The translations under genes were made by a program, and so were the position numbers. This document shows positions 1-11,516 of a stretch of DNA of 22,210 nt, in pieces. Within the stretch, counting starts at the first letter, position 1; each line of letters begins with the position of its first letter. Where the stretch lies: assembly GCF_025526975.1 (NCBI RefSeq), contig NW_026515675.1, positions 930,001 through 952,210 on the forward strand, in the 5' to 3' direction. The notes under the pieces are model-generated. The model did no database searches. It was not told the DNA's origin and saw nothing but the letters and a program-made list of their open reading frames with translations. The stretch comes from Fimicolochytrium jonesii. Its lineage: Eukaryota.

Positions 1-5
1 TGGTA

Positions 6-131
6 CAGTCACCTCGCAAAACTCTGTGCCCCCCCTCTAATTGAAATCAACATTGGTCACTCACGTGAATTTGGCGTCGCGGCAGTCGCTGATTTATTTC
101 AGGGGGGGTACAGAGTTTTGCGAGGTGACTG
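6..131. mobile_element. 126-bp MITE, Tc1/mariner-like (31-bp TIRs, TA target duplication)
   Basis: 6-36 CAGTCACCTCGCAAAACTCTGTGCCCCCCCT is the reverse complement of 101-131 with one mismatch. TA flanks both ends (4-5, 132-133). CAGT termini plus a TA TSD are typical of Tc1/mariner. Confidence 0.85.
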
Positions 132-553
132 TACGCTCGACTCCTTCTCCGCTTACCTCCTGACCTCTTCGGCGATCATGCAATTTGCAAAACCGAACCA
201 ATTTCGTTCTACGACATCATATTTATTATGACAACGAAAGGAACAACAGATCACTATCCTAGCCAAAGTGTAAACAACAAGTGGGACGCAGGCCAAGTCT
301 TCAATGGAACTAATTTGGCACATCAGTATGTGCGTGTGATCTGCCTGAATCTACTCGTCGATCTTTAAAACCCCAGTCGCAAGTGTTGCACCTGGGGTTC
401 CACAAGCAAGTGGGGAACTTGCAGTTGGGTTAGGGTTGAGATTAGCCACGAGTTGTTATTGGGCCAAGTCGCGTTTGATATACTTGAACCCTGGGACTAC
501 TTGGTTTTCGACAGACTCAAAACGAAGTTGCTTCCCACTCTCAGCAACACATA

Positions 554-3341
554 ATGAAGGAGATGGCGGGCGGCCCAGAAGTCCAGGTATGCCGGCCGTC
601 GTTGGGGACTATCCGCGCTCTGGATACCTCTGAATGGCACCTTGCTCAACATGTCTTTGTTATTCCCAGGAAGTACAGGCGCTAAACCGTCGACTGGTAA
701 GCTTTCGTCCTGGGAAACATGGTATCCATTTGCAGTTCCTGCTAGCTTGCAGAGACTAAGAGAAGTATTCTATCAAAGGGCGAGGCCGTCAGCTTCTGCG
801 ACTCGGCCGCAGCATTTGCCCGCGAACGGGCCGACTTGGAGAATGACTACGCTCGTCGGCTTGGCGCTCTGGCGCAAAAATATGCTCAGCGGCACGACGC
901 AGGACATATTTCCGCTACACCAGGATCGAATGCTAGCACCTTGTCGACAGAAGCATGCTGGGCTACTCTCTTGAAGCAGACGGAAGGAATCGCACAGTCC
1001 CACAAGGAGTATTCGCAGACCCTGCACTCCCAGGTTATCGATCAACTAGTCGCAGCCGTGTCGAAAACGAACCAGGCCCGAAAGAAGCACGAAGCTTTCT
1101 TCATGGATCTGTGTGCTGCACGGGATCTTACCTATGCTGAGAAAGATAAGGCGGAGAGCAAGTACAAGCAGCTGTGTACGTCGTTGGCGACCGTTAGGGA
1201 GAAGGCTGCCATGACCCCGGATGGTAAAGCTGGCGAAAAGTTGCGACGAAGACTGAAGGAGGAGATGATTGATGTTGGGAATGGCAAGGTCCGTGAATCG
1301 GTCATCTCGTGGGCCGCATATGAAGACACGATGTTTATTCCCTTCACGTAACAGAACACGTATATTCTGAGCGTCCTTTCCGCGAACACTGTAAAGAGTC
1401 GATTTCACAACACGGATGTACCAGCATTGCTTGAGGTACAAGATGGCAAGGCTTGTCATCACTCCTTCAGGTGTACTCACGTCTTCGACTATAGGACATG
1501 CTCTCACTGTTGCAGCACACATTGGGGCGGCTACAAACTTCCTGGCAATCCGCCACTTCACTCCAACAAACACTTGCATCCTCTGTGGAAGAGTCGGCAA
1601 AGTCCATGAAGGAAGCCGTGGGGAAAGTCAACGTCGAGGCTGATGCACAAGCGTATGCAGTTTCGCGGAACAATTTCGCTGTCGTTGCATCATCAGAGGC
1701 AGCAGAGTTTTCACTGGATGCATTAGCAGAAGAAGGGGTATGAGCTGTAATGTTCACACAGGCTCTCGCCCTCCCCGGCACGGACGACTGACGTCCGTTA
1801 TTAAATCACTGTAGAGTCACCTCACGAAAGACGAATCAGCCACAATCTTCCTGGGAAACAAATACCGGAAACTCGTGAAACGTGTGGCACAGATTGACGA
1901 GGACATTGAGAAAAGGGAAAAGACACTTCAAGGTCTAAAACGACTACTGGACGTTTACGAGAAGGATCCAGCACAGGGAGACATTGGACGCGTGCGGGAG
2001 GTACGATATACTCCATATCGGTGTTGTAAGATGAACCCAATACTGGTTCTAAACTAGGATGTTGTTGCAGAGCATCCTGGAAGAGAAACGGGAAACGATG
2101 AAGCAGCAAACTTCACGCAGCAAGTTCCAAGTCCAAATCGATCGAATATACAGCCTCCTTTCTTCCGACCTGGAGGACATGCACCCGCACAACCTCACTG
2201 GTAAAACATTTGTACATCCCGTAACATGCGACTATTGCCACGGCACGATATGGGGCGTTGGGAAGCCGGGGCTGACTTGTGATGGTATGTTTTGGTTCGA
2301 GAGATTATGGTCCCTGGATCTGACTGACTTCCGCTTTCCCCACTTTTGCAGATTGGTTTGTAGTAGTTCTCCCAACAATCTATTTCACTCCCGCCCACTG
2401 ACTAATGTCTTTCCCAGCGGGTACCATGCCCACCTAAAATGCGAGCTCAAAATCCCCGCGCTCTGTCCCGGCGTAATGAACAAGCGCCGAACCTTCTTAG
2501 ACAGCAGGCAATCCCTCGCTATGAGTTCCGTCGGATCCAGTATGTCTTTGCCGTCTCTCACGCGCTCGATATTTTTTGTGCCTTACAACCTCACAACTCC
2601 ATTGCAGTCTCAAGCATCCTCGGCTCCACGAAATGGTACGGAGGCTCCTCCGCCTACATACTCTACGACTACACACCCTCCGCCACCGCCTCCGAGGAAC
2701 TACAAGTCGCCGAAGCAGAGATCGTGAAAGTCGTAGAACACGACGACGGATCCGGTTGGACGCTTGTAGAGAAGGAGGACGAGAAAGGGAAGGTTGTACA
2801 GGGGCTGGTGCCGACGAGTTATATGGAGTTAGCGAGTGAGGCGCCTGTCGTCGCTGTTGCTGCGGAGGGGTCGGATGTGGAGGCGGTTGCTTCTACGGCA
2901 TCGGGCAAGCAATTGGGGACAGAAGTGGTACGTCACGTCATTTTCGTCCCTCCCGTTCGAGCATTTTGTCAGTCCCCAACGATCCCATATCTACTTTCGC
3001 AGGTGGTGGCGTACGACTATACGGCCCAAACGGAGGAAGAGATGAGCATCACTGATCAGCAGGTCGTTTGGGTTGTTGAAGAAGGTAAGGATCCCTCTAT
3101 ATTTTGCAAAACACCTGTGCTTGTCTTTCCTGAATGGTTGCGATGTTGCTTTTCTAGATGTCGATGGGAGTGGGTGGGTGATGGTAAGCTGCATCATCGA
3201 GCTGGATTCGCTGTTCATCCCAAGATGGGAGATGGCAACAGTGCAGGGTTTGCTGAAACTGTTCATTTCCAATCTCGGATGCAGGCAAGCAACGGAATTC
3301 GCAAAGGACTGGTCCCCGCGGCGTACCTGAGGACTCCCTAG
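554..3341 (+). CDS. BZZ1: Bzz1-like F-BAR + C1 + tandem SH3 endocytic adaptor, multi-exon (start codon uncertain)
   Basis: F-BAR: FARERADLENDYARRL...TPGS...CWATLLKQTE (exon from ~779). C1 zinc finger: HNLTGKTFVHPVTCDYC...GLTC / HAHLKCELKIPALC. SH3-1: LYDYTP..EEL...DDGSGW...GLVPTSY. SH3-2: YDYTAQTEEEMSI...DGSGW / GLVPAAYL, stop at 3339-3341. GT-AG introns separate the pieces. Confidence 0.85.
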
Positions 3342-3610
3342 ATCTAGACGCACACATATATTCATTTTGGGCTTTCGACATCTCCCCACCGTGACTCTAT
3401 TAACTTTTTGCGTGGTTTGTCTAGGCCATTATCTCCGTCATGGCATCGTAGGTTCATGAAGTGTAGCAGTTCAGCGCTCTATATCATCTTCACCGGCTAG
3501 AGTTCTCTATATCTAAACAATTACTACATATACACACATGGCACATACAGTACAATCAACAGGTCATACGCCAGGGTTATCTCACACTGCGCAAAGAAGC
3601 AGCCGCACGT

Positions 3611-5731
3611 CTACAGAACCCCCCTCACACAATCCTCCACATCCCGCACCTCCTTCGGCGCCCCGCCACTCAACACCACAGCCGCCCACCCCTCCTCCCT
3701 CCCCCCGACAAGCACATCATCCTCAATCCGCACACCCACCCCGCGCAACCCCGGCGGGTACGCGGCCGTGTCGGGGATGTACAGCCCGGGCTCGATGGTG
3801 AGCACCATCCCGGCCTGCAGCGGCGTCGAGCGCGAGACGGAGAAGGTGTCGTGCACGTCCAGACCGAGGTAGTGCCCGACGTGGTGAGGGTAGAGGGTGT
3901 TCATTTCCTGTGGGTAGCGGGAAATAAAAAAGCATGAACAGTCGTCCGTTTTTTTTTGTTTCCTGCCTTTGTTTATCACCCAACACTATCCCGGTGGGCG
4001 GGATACAAGTCTCCCCCCCGCCAAAAAAAAAAAATCCACGACACCCCAACCACCCTATCCTCGCCAACCCAGCACATACCCTCACACCCACGGCCCTCCC
4101 GAGCACCTTCTGCACCTCCACCCTCAACGCGTCCCAACACTCGCGCTGGATCGCGTCCAGGCTCGTCCGGCTCTCCACGGTGCATTTGGCGACACACTGC
4201 TTCTGAACTCTCAGCACGGCCTCGTAGAGCTGCCGTTGCGGGGCGGTGAAGACCCCGCTGGTGGGCCAGGTGCGCGTTACGTCGGCGCAGTAGGAGGCGT
4301 ATTCCTGCGGGGGGGGGGGGGGGGGAATAAAGAGTTTCATAGGTGTTAGTTTACCCCTGTGATATCGACATGGAGGGGGGGAAGATAAGAATGGATCCTC
4401 ACCGCGCCCGCATCGACCAACACCAAGTCCCCCTGTCGCAACCGCTGATCATTGACCACATAATGGATCGTCAGGCTGTTCACGCCCCCGGCGACCACCG
4501 GCACATACGCCAGCCCGCTCGCGCCTGCGCGCCGCGCCGTGTACTCCGCGAGGGCCCACAGGTCGCTTTCTGCCGTGTTGGGGAGGGGGGTTTCGCGCAT
4601 CATGGCTTTGAAGGCGCTGGAGGTGATGGTGGAGGCGGTGGTGAGGAGGGCTGTTTCTGCGCGGGATTTGAGGAGGCGGTGCGGGGTGAGGTGCGGGGCG
4701 AGGGGGTGTATGTTGGGTTTGGGGTGGGGGGTTGATGCGCGGGGCGGGAAGGCGTAGCTGGTTGTGCTGGGGTCTGGTTTGGCGGTGTTGTTGAGGATGG
4801 ATTCGGCGGGCCCGTGCAGGGGAAGGTCGGTGTAGACGGGCCGGGTGGCGGTCGGGGAGGTGAGGGTGGTTAGGTAAGATTGGAATGTGTCGATTGAGCG
4901 TGCCTGCCGTGAACGAAACATCAGAACGAAAAATTCACCCCCATTGGAATCGTAAATGACCTGCTTTGACGAACTGTACCTCGGTAGCCCCAAAGAACCC
5001 CACGGCGCCCTCCAACCCCGCCCGCGGCCCGTCCCACACGACCCGATGCGCGTCCGTCGGCTTCACAAACAAGATCATCTTGTAACCCGCCCCCGTCGTT
5101 TTCTCTACCATTCAAAGTACCATCAGTGTGTTGAAAAACGACCATAGATGTGTTGGTTGTTGGGACCGCACGGTTACCTACCCAGCACCAACGCACAATC
5201 CGGCTCGTTCACCCCACACAGATAGAACAGGTCCGTGTTCTGATGAAACGGGTAACTGCACCCACAAACATCGTCAGCCCACCCACCTCTTCGCACGTTG
5301 ATCCCCCCCCACACCCGTTATACGTACAAGATCCCCTGCGTCGCATACCGCAACCCATACCCCGCGACCACCACCACACTGCCGTCGGGCAGCCCACTCA
5401 CAAGTCGCGCACGCCGCGCCGCGTATTCCGTCCCCTGTATCCCCCGCGTCACTGAAAACCAAAAAAAAAAAAAATCAACATCCAATGCGTCCGTTGTGCA
5501 TAATGGGAAGAGAAAGGGGGGGTGGGGGCGTTTACCTTCACCCGGTTTGAGGAGATGCGGATGCGTGTCCGGCGTCGGTTGGCCGATTTTGGAGGCGGGG
5601 GTGGTTAGCCGGCGTGGGGAGGGTGATGAGGGCGCCGGGCGGGGGCGGAGGGTGCGGCATGGCGGGTGTCGTGACGCGGCGGTGAGGAGGGTGGTGAGGG
5701 TGGGGAGACGGTGGGGGGCGGGTGGGGGCAT
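3611..5731 (-). CDS. ICP55: Mitochondrial Xaa-Pro aminopeptidase (M24B; Icp55/XPNPEP3-like), multi-exon
   Basis: R/S/T/P-rich presequence, then [21 protein letters not shown]...[10 protein letters not shown]24 motifs: [59 protein letters not shown]. Confidence 0.9.
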
Positions 5732-6149
5732 TGTTGCGATGGGAGTAGGGGGGGGGGGGGGGGGGGGGGGGGGGGATGCCGGTCAAGGACGAGAATTGCC
5801 CAACGTTGGAGGTTCCCGTTTTCCCGTCGGACGCGTTCAGGGCGCACCTGCTGACCTGCATGTTCCCTCAGTGTTCTCCAGGTGTTCCCCGTCGGTGGAT
5901 GTTTTCTTTCAAACAGAACCGATGCATTGCACAAAAACGTAATACAAAAAAAAATGAGATTCCAGGAAACGGGACAGTGAAAAAAAGTCTATATATATGC
6001 GGGGAAAAGTGTCTAGTGTCTGCTATCTAGGGGAAGCTATACTGCCGTCGGCGAAAAATGCAACTACGCCAAAGTCTCCTCCCAAATCCTGATGTTTGTT
6101 TTTTTTCCATCACTCCGCCAGCGGCCAATGATGTCCTCCCTCTCCCCCA

Positions 6150-7956
6150 CTACGCCCTCAACGGCACCTCATCATCATCATCAACAACCACATCCTCCCC
6201 CTCGTCCCCATCACCATTCCCACCACTGAGAGTCTCAGTCCGGTACTGCTCGTACAAGAAATCGTGCGTGATCTCTTTGAGGTCGTGCAGGTGCGAGGAG
6301 AGGAGGCTGTAGCGGAGTTGGGAGAAGTCGCAGTGGCGGGCGTTGTCGACTGAAATCAAAAATAGGGACGGGGTCAGATTTGGGGAGAGGGGGAGGGGGG
6401 AGGGCACGGGATGGGGAGGGGGATTTGTAGTTACCTTCGACGATACCCCATGGGTACTGACGACACCTGATCCTCCGTCCGTCGATGACGACCTCGTCTT
6501 CGGATCCGACGATTGCGAATGGCAGGGCGGCCCTCAACTCCCGATTCTCCTCAATAGTCTCCTCATCATCCTCCCCCTCATCATACGGGAAATTGTAGAT
6601 CGGGATCCCGTAGTGCGCGATATCCTCCATCACGCGTTTCTTGGTCGCGGCCAGCTCGGGGGGTGTGAGGGTGTCGGCTTTCGCAATGACGGGGATCACG
6701 TTCACGCGGTGGGCGAGCTTGCGCATGAATTCGATATCGATTTCGCGGAGGCTGTTAAGGGGGGGAGAGGGTGGGAGAGTTTAGTGGGGGAGAAAGTTGA
6801 TTTGGAGGGAGGGTATTGGTACTTACGAGTGGCCGGTGGGAGGGATAAAGTACAGGAGGACGTGGACGCGGTTGTCTTGGGATTTGGGGTTACGTTTGAT
6901 GCGGGACTCTTCTTGGAGGACGTCGTCGAATTGTTTTTCGATGTAGGCGAGGATATCCGTGAAGCTGTAGGAAAGAATTCGCATGTGAGTGACTGAATGG
7001 AGAGGAAATGGGCGAAGAATCCGGTGACTGGTACATACGCTCCCTCGTTGTTGATGTTGTCGCCGAACCCAGGGGTGTCGACGATCGTCAATGCCAGTCT
7101 GATACCATCTTCCTCCATGTCTAGTATAAAACAGTATATCATCGTCAGCCAGGTTGAGCTCTGATCAATAACTCGATCATCACCCCGCAGCGCAGTCCCA
7201 ACATACCAACCGACACGGGGTTTATGCTGACGGTCTTTTCGAGGGCAGCTTTTTCGGGGCTGGAGTGGTCGTACTTGCGGACGACGGGTGATTCGCATAG
7301 GGTGTTCAGGAAGGTCGTCTTTCCGAGTCCCGAGGAGCCTGTACATTTGATGAGAACGTAAGAGGGTGTTCCACCAGTTGGAAACCGACATTCGCACGAC
7401 ATCCTTCGAACGACAGCGAGCAGGAAGGAGTTGGACCGAGGAATAAATAGCCCCGTGCCAACTCTCCAATTCCCCTCCCCTCCCATCCCATCCCATCCCA
7501 TCAGGTTAGGCTGTAGACCGCGCTGTGTCAAACATTCTCTCGTCAACCCCGCCTCCGGGCTCGCAGTCCCTGTCGCTCTTTTTCTCACTGTCGTTTGCGT
7601 TTCCTCGCTCGTCCGGCCTAGCCTCTATCTCTCTCGCCGTCCTTGCGCCCTCTCCTTTCCAAGCCCAACTTTGATTTCCTCCGCCCTCCACTCCCCAAAC
7701 TCGGCCCTCGCTCGATTCACGACTCCAACTCCCGCGTCCCGACCACAGACTCCGGCCCCCCCTTCAACATACCAACGGTCATGATAGTGAAGGCCAAGCC
7801 CTTCTTGACGGTCTTCCTGCGAATGTTGGAGGCCTATAAGCATGAGGGGGGTTGCGTACAACAAAACAAGTTAGAAGGTTCTTTTGTGACGCTGACCCGA
7901 CGGAGGGTGCGACGACCGATATAGAATGCGGTGCGGGGTAGCCAACGTACCAGCAT
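6150..7956 (-). CDS. CDC11: Septin, Cdc11/Spn3/AspA group, multi-exon
   Basis: Inferred 6-nt first exon ATGCTG|gtacgt (7951-7956), then exon ASNIRRKTVKKGLAFTIMTV (~7774-7833). G1 GSSGLGKTT, G3 DTPGFGD, G4 AKAD, LPFAIVGS, RQYPWG, and HLHDLKEITHDFLYEQYRTETL typical of the Cdc11/AspA group. Confidence 0.85.
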
Positions 7957-8443
7957 GGTAGCAGTGGGGGGGTTTACTTTGGGAGGGAGGGAGGGGGTTC
8001 TGTGTCTGAAGTGGAGAGGCGGTTGGGTAACCAGAAGTGAGTGACGGCTGGCTGGCTGGCGGGCGTGCGGCTTTGCGAAGTGACACCGCGCAAGTTTGTC
8101 TCGTGTGAGGAGGAGTCTCGCGAGTCGCTCGCTGATGCTGAGGGATGAGGGATGAGTGAATCTGAAGTGCGTGTGCGGCATCCATCCATTCATGCATTCG
8201 GGCTCTGTCGTTTTTAAGTTGATAGCACGTGGGATCATGCACTCACATGAGCCAATTGAATTGACCTGAAGGAAGGGAGAATGGATGATGTCATAGGCAG
8301 GTTGTCAACCTCATCCACGCGTAACAAGTAACTGCAAGGACAGACAGGGCAGGCAGGCAGGCAGGGCTTAGCATCATTCATCATCATCCCTCGTGCCCCC
8401 CACGCGCGTCCCTCCCCTCGCTCAACTCTCTCCGTCTGCCAAG

Positions 8444-8450
8444 TATAAAA
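8444..8450 (+). promoter_or_regulatory. TATA box of the 8612 gene
   Basis: TATAAAA ~170 bp upstream of ATG 8612. Confidence 0.5.
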
Positions 8451-8611
8451 AGGGGCTGGCTGGCTTCCCATACCCCCCCGCCCCTCCGCTATTCGAGCAT
8501 CGAACATATCGCCCCCCCCCCCCCCCCCCCCACACATAATATATCCTTATTGCCAATTCCACAACTACAACTTAACCCCCCTCACATATCACCAATTCAC
8601 ATCAAACAACC

Positions 8612-9960
8612 ATGTCGGAACAGAAAAACATCACCAAAACAGAGATCGACACCCAGTCCGGTTCCGCCTACGAATACCATGGTGGGAGTGCGCCCCCAAA
8701 GGCGACCGATAAGGTGTTGGAGCCAAAGGTTGTTGAGGAGGAAGTCAAAGGTACACACAAAGGAGAAGTGGACGGCGAGCGTTAGCGAGAGGATTGCTTT
8801 TGAGTTTGAGCGAAGCGAGGCGCAAGGTTGCTTGAGGGTGGGGAGGGTTGCGGAGGATTGCGCGAGGGTCCGAGCGAAGCGAGGCGCAAGGATGCTTAAG
8901 GAAACACGTGGCCGCCCAACATCCTCGTACGCAACACACAATGCGCACACACACCAACATCATTGTTCCCTCCCTCCCTCCCTCCCCATTTCACAGAGGC
9001 CATAGTCCACGAAAACATCACCGCCATCGAACGCGAAGAAATCCAACCCATCATCGAGCGCGAGCGCCTCCAGACCGAGATCGTCCAAGTCGTCCAACCG
9101 GTCCTCGACGTCGTCACCGAGGCCCCCACCGTCGAGAAGGTCCAACTCGAGGAGGAAACCCACAAGTACCGCGAGAAAGCGAGCGAGGAGGATATTAGGA
9201 AATATGAGGAGCAGGCGGAGGCGTTCAGTGAGGAACGCAGGGAAGAGGTGGTCCATGAGAAGGTCTATAAGGCCCCCATTATTCATGAGGTGGTAAAGAC
9301 AAAAGTCATTACGGAGGTTCAGCCCGTGATTGAGAGAGTCATCAACAAGACTCATGTCATCGAGGAGTAAGTACCAGCGAACGCGCGAATGGAGTGACGG
9401 AGAGCGAACGGGCGAGCGAAGCGAGGACTACTGCAGTAAAGTACGAGCGAAGGATGCTAATCCACTCCCCTCCTTATCCCAGAACACAAAACATAAAAGA
9501 GACCTTCGTAAAAGCCCCCATAGTCCACGAGCAACAAATCGCCGCCCCGATCTCCATGTCCGAATTCGCCGCAGGCTCCACACCCCTCAAGCGCACTCGC
9601 GGCACATCCCTCAGCCCCTCCCCGTCCACCACCACCACCCTCACCGGCACGCCCCCGGGCCCCATGACCCGCCTCAAGCGCAAAAAGCTCGCCGAAGCCG
9701 CCGAAGGCCCCACCTCGCCGTCTTCCCACTCCCATGAAACCACCTCGCTTGACATCACCACACCCACGCCCGCGGAACCCTCAACAGTCCACGGGACATT
9801 GGAAAAGATCGTGGGGGTTGTGGAGGCGGGTGTTGGGGAGCTGTTGGGGAGCGATCGGTTGGTTGTGGAGGGGGAGATGAGGAAGGCCGGTGGGGAGGAG
9901 GAGATCAGGGAGGCGAAGAGGAGGAGAGTTGAGAGGGGCGAGAATGGGGTGGATGTTTAG
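8612..9960 (+). CDS. V/I/E-rich repeat protein (fungal 'allergen'-like) with CsbD-like C-terminus; 3 exons 8612-8750, 8997-9366, 9483-9960
   Basis: Phase-compatible GT-AG junctions. Repeated motifs AIVHENI..EREEIQPIIERE / APIIHEVV...EVQPVIERVI / APIVHE. The tail GTLEKIVGVVEAGVGELLGSDRLVVEG resembles CsbD-type repeats. Family names are from recall. Confidence 0.7.
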
Positions 9961-11516
9961 GAAGGGCGTTTTGGGAGACACGTTTGATGTGGATTGGTAC
10001 CCGCGCGCACCCCGTATATGCAGACGGGAGTACATACATACGACTGCATTCTTTTTTTCTATTTGATTATGCTTTTCAGCGGTGTATCATACCATACCGT
10101 CTGTCCTGTAAATAAGAAACCATTTTGTCGCTGCAACGTGTGTCCTTGGGGTTGTAAAGCGAAAGACCCGTCTTTTTTGATGTCCAAGAGCAACACGCGA
10201 CTGGCACTTTCGGACCATCGTCGGCCGGCTTGCTTCTTTGAAAGCCTTTGAACACCTCCACCAGCAGCTCAATTACGCCACCCAGCAACTCCACATCAGC
10301 AGCAGCCTCGGGTCCACCTTCATCTCGATCCCCATAACCCAACCATCCCTCACCTCAAGGATGGTCCCCGCAATGTCCAACCACACTCATCCCAACCCCA
10401 CCTCCGCCTCCGCCCCTTCTCCCCCTCCCGCCACCCCTCCCCCACGCCCCTCACCCAGCCGAAAATGCACAAACCCCTTCCCGCTGACCTGCGAAAGCAT
10501 GTGGAAGTACGTGCGCGGGGACGTCGTTCATGCGCAGTTCGAAGCGCACTACTACAACGCCTAGCAGTCCGGGGTTGCCAATATACGGAGTACACCCAAG
10601 CGTGTCTACTTGTGTGGTGAGAATAGGGATTTAGTTGGTCTCTACCTTTTACCTTGCACTCTCCACGAGTAGATCATCTCCACCCGCGAACGACCCAATT
10701 TAGGACCTATCTCAGGGAATAATCGACCACTTTCACACTAGTGCACGTTGCCTGGAAGCCAGTGGACAGTCTCTGCCTTAGAGGAATGTCTTAGAGGAAT
10801 GTCAGGAGGGGGTTAGGGTTAATCCCCCACATGGAGCTAGAGATTGCAATTCATCAGCCGCAGGCAGATCCCAAAGGCACTCACAGCATTACCGGTTCAA
10901 GCGTGAGATGGTGGCATGTAGCTGACTATCCCCAGCTGGTCAAAGAAAAAAATTCTTCACGTATGTATGGGAAGATGTCTGTGAAATGGTCTTTGAAATG
11001 GTGGAGGAAGAAGAGTCACTGTCAGTCAGATGCGGCACGAGTCGCGGCCGCTGGTCTTATGAGCCCTGCGCGTTTCCCCCGTACGGGACGCCGAACAATT
11101 CACCATAGGGCTTTGTCTGCTTTGCAGCCATAGAATAGACCACTTGCGGATCTGTTGTGGAACTCGTTACTTTATTCCCCTTCACACACACCACTAGTTT
11201 TATAGACATTCGATCGGACGGTCTGCACACACACACAACCAGCTCTCTATCTGCAGAGAAGAAAAGGGGTACGGTAACTATAAAAAGGAAGCTGTGGCTG
11301 AAACTGGTTGTTTACAACAGGATCTCCGAGTCCCAGAAGTCACACAGACCCTGCAGACTCCGTTTGCATTGTTCTATCTCTCCCCCCCCGGTCAAGCCAT
11401 CCTAGGCACGACCTGCTATACCCTTTGGACAAGCGTAAAATCCCAATGCCTTGTCCGTGCTCGCGACCTATATCAGTACCCGTCCGGGCCTTATCCTTAC
11501 GCGCAGAGCTGGACCA

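Noticed and set aside
35..45. CTCTAATTGAA shared between the MITE and unit A (~18345)
   Set aside because: An 11-bp AT-rich match is compatible with chance.
1046..7784. Numerous antisense and alternate-frame ORFs over BZZ1, ICP55 and CDC11
   Set aside because: Shadow ORFs of GC-rich coding exons.
10238..10595. Coding-like GC-skewed stretch between the repeat-protein and CHAT genes
   Set aside because: No recognisable domain and no consistent exon model. It could be a gene relic, but I cannot support a call.
10804..10840. Hairpin followed by CTAG (Helitron-like 3' end)
   Set aside because: Weak stem, the following base is A rather than T, and no matching 5' end.
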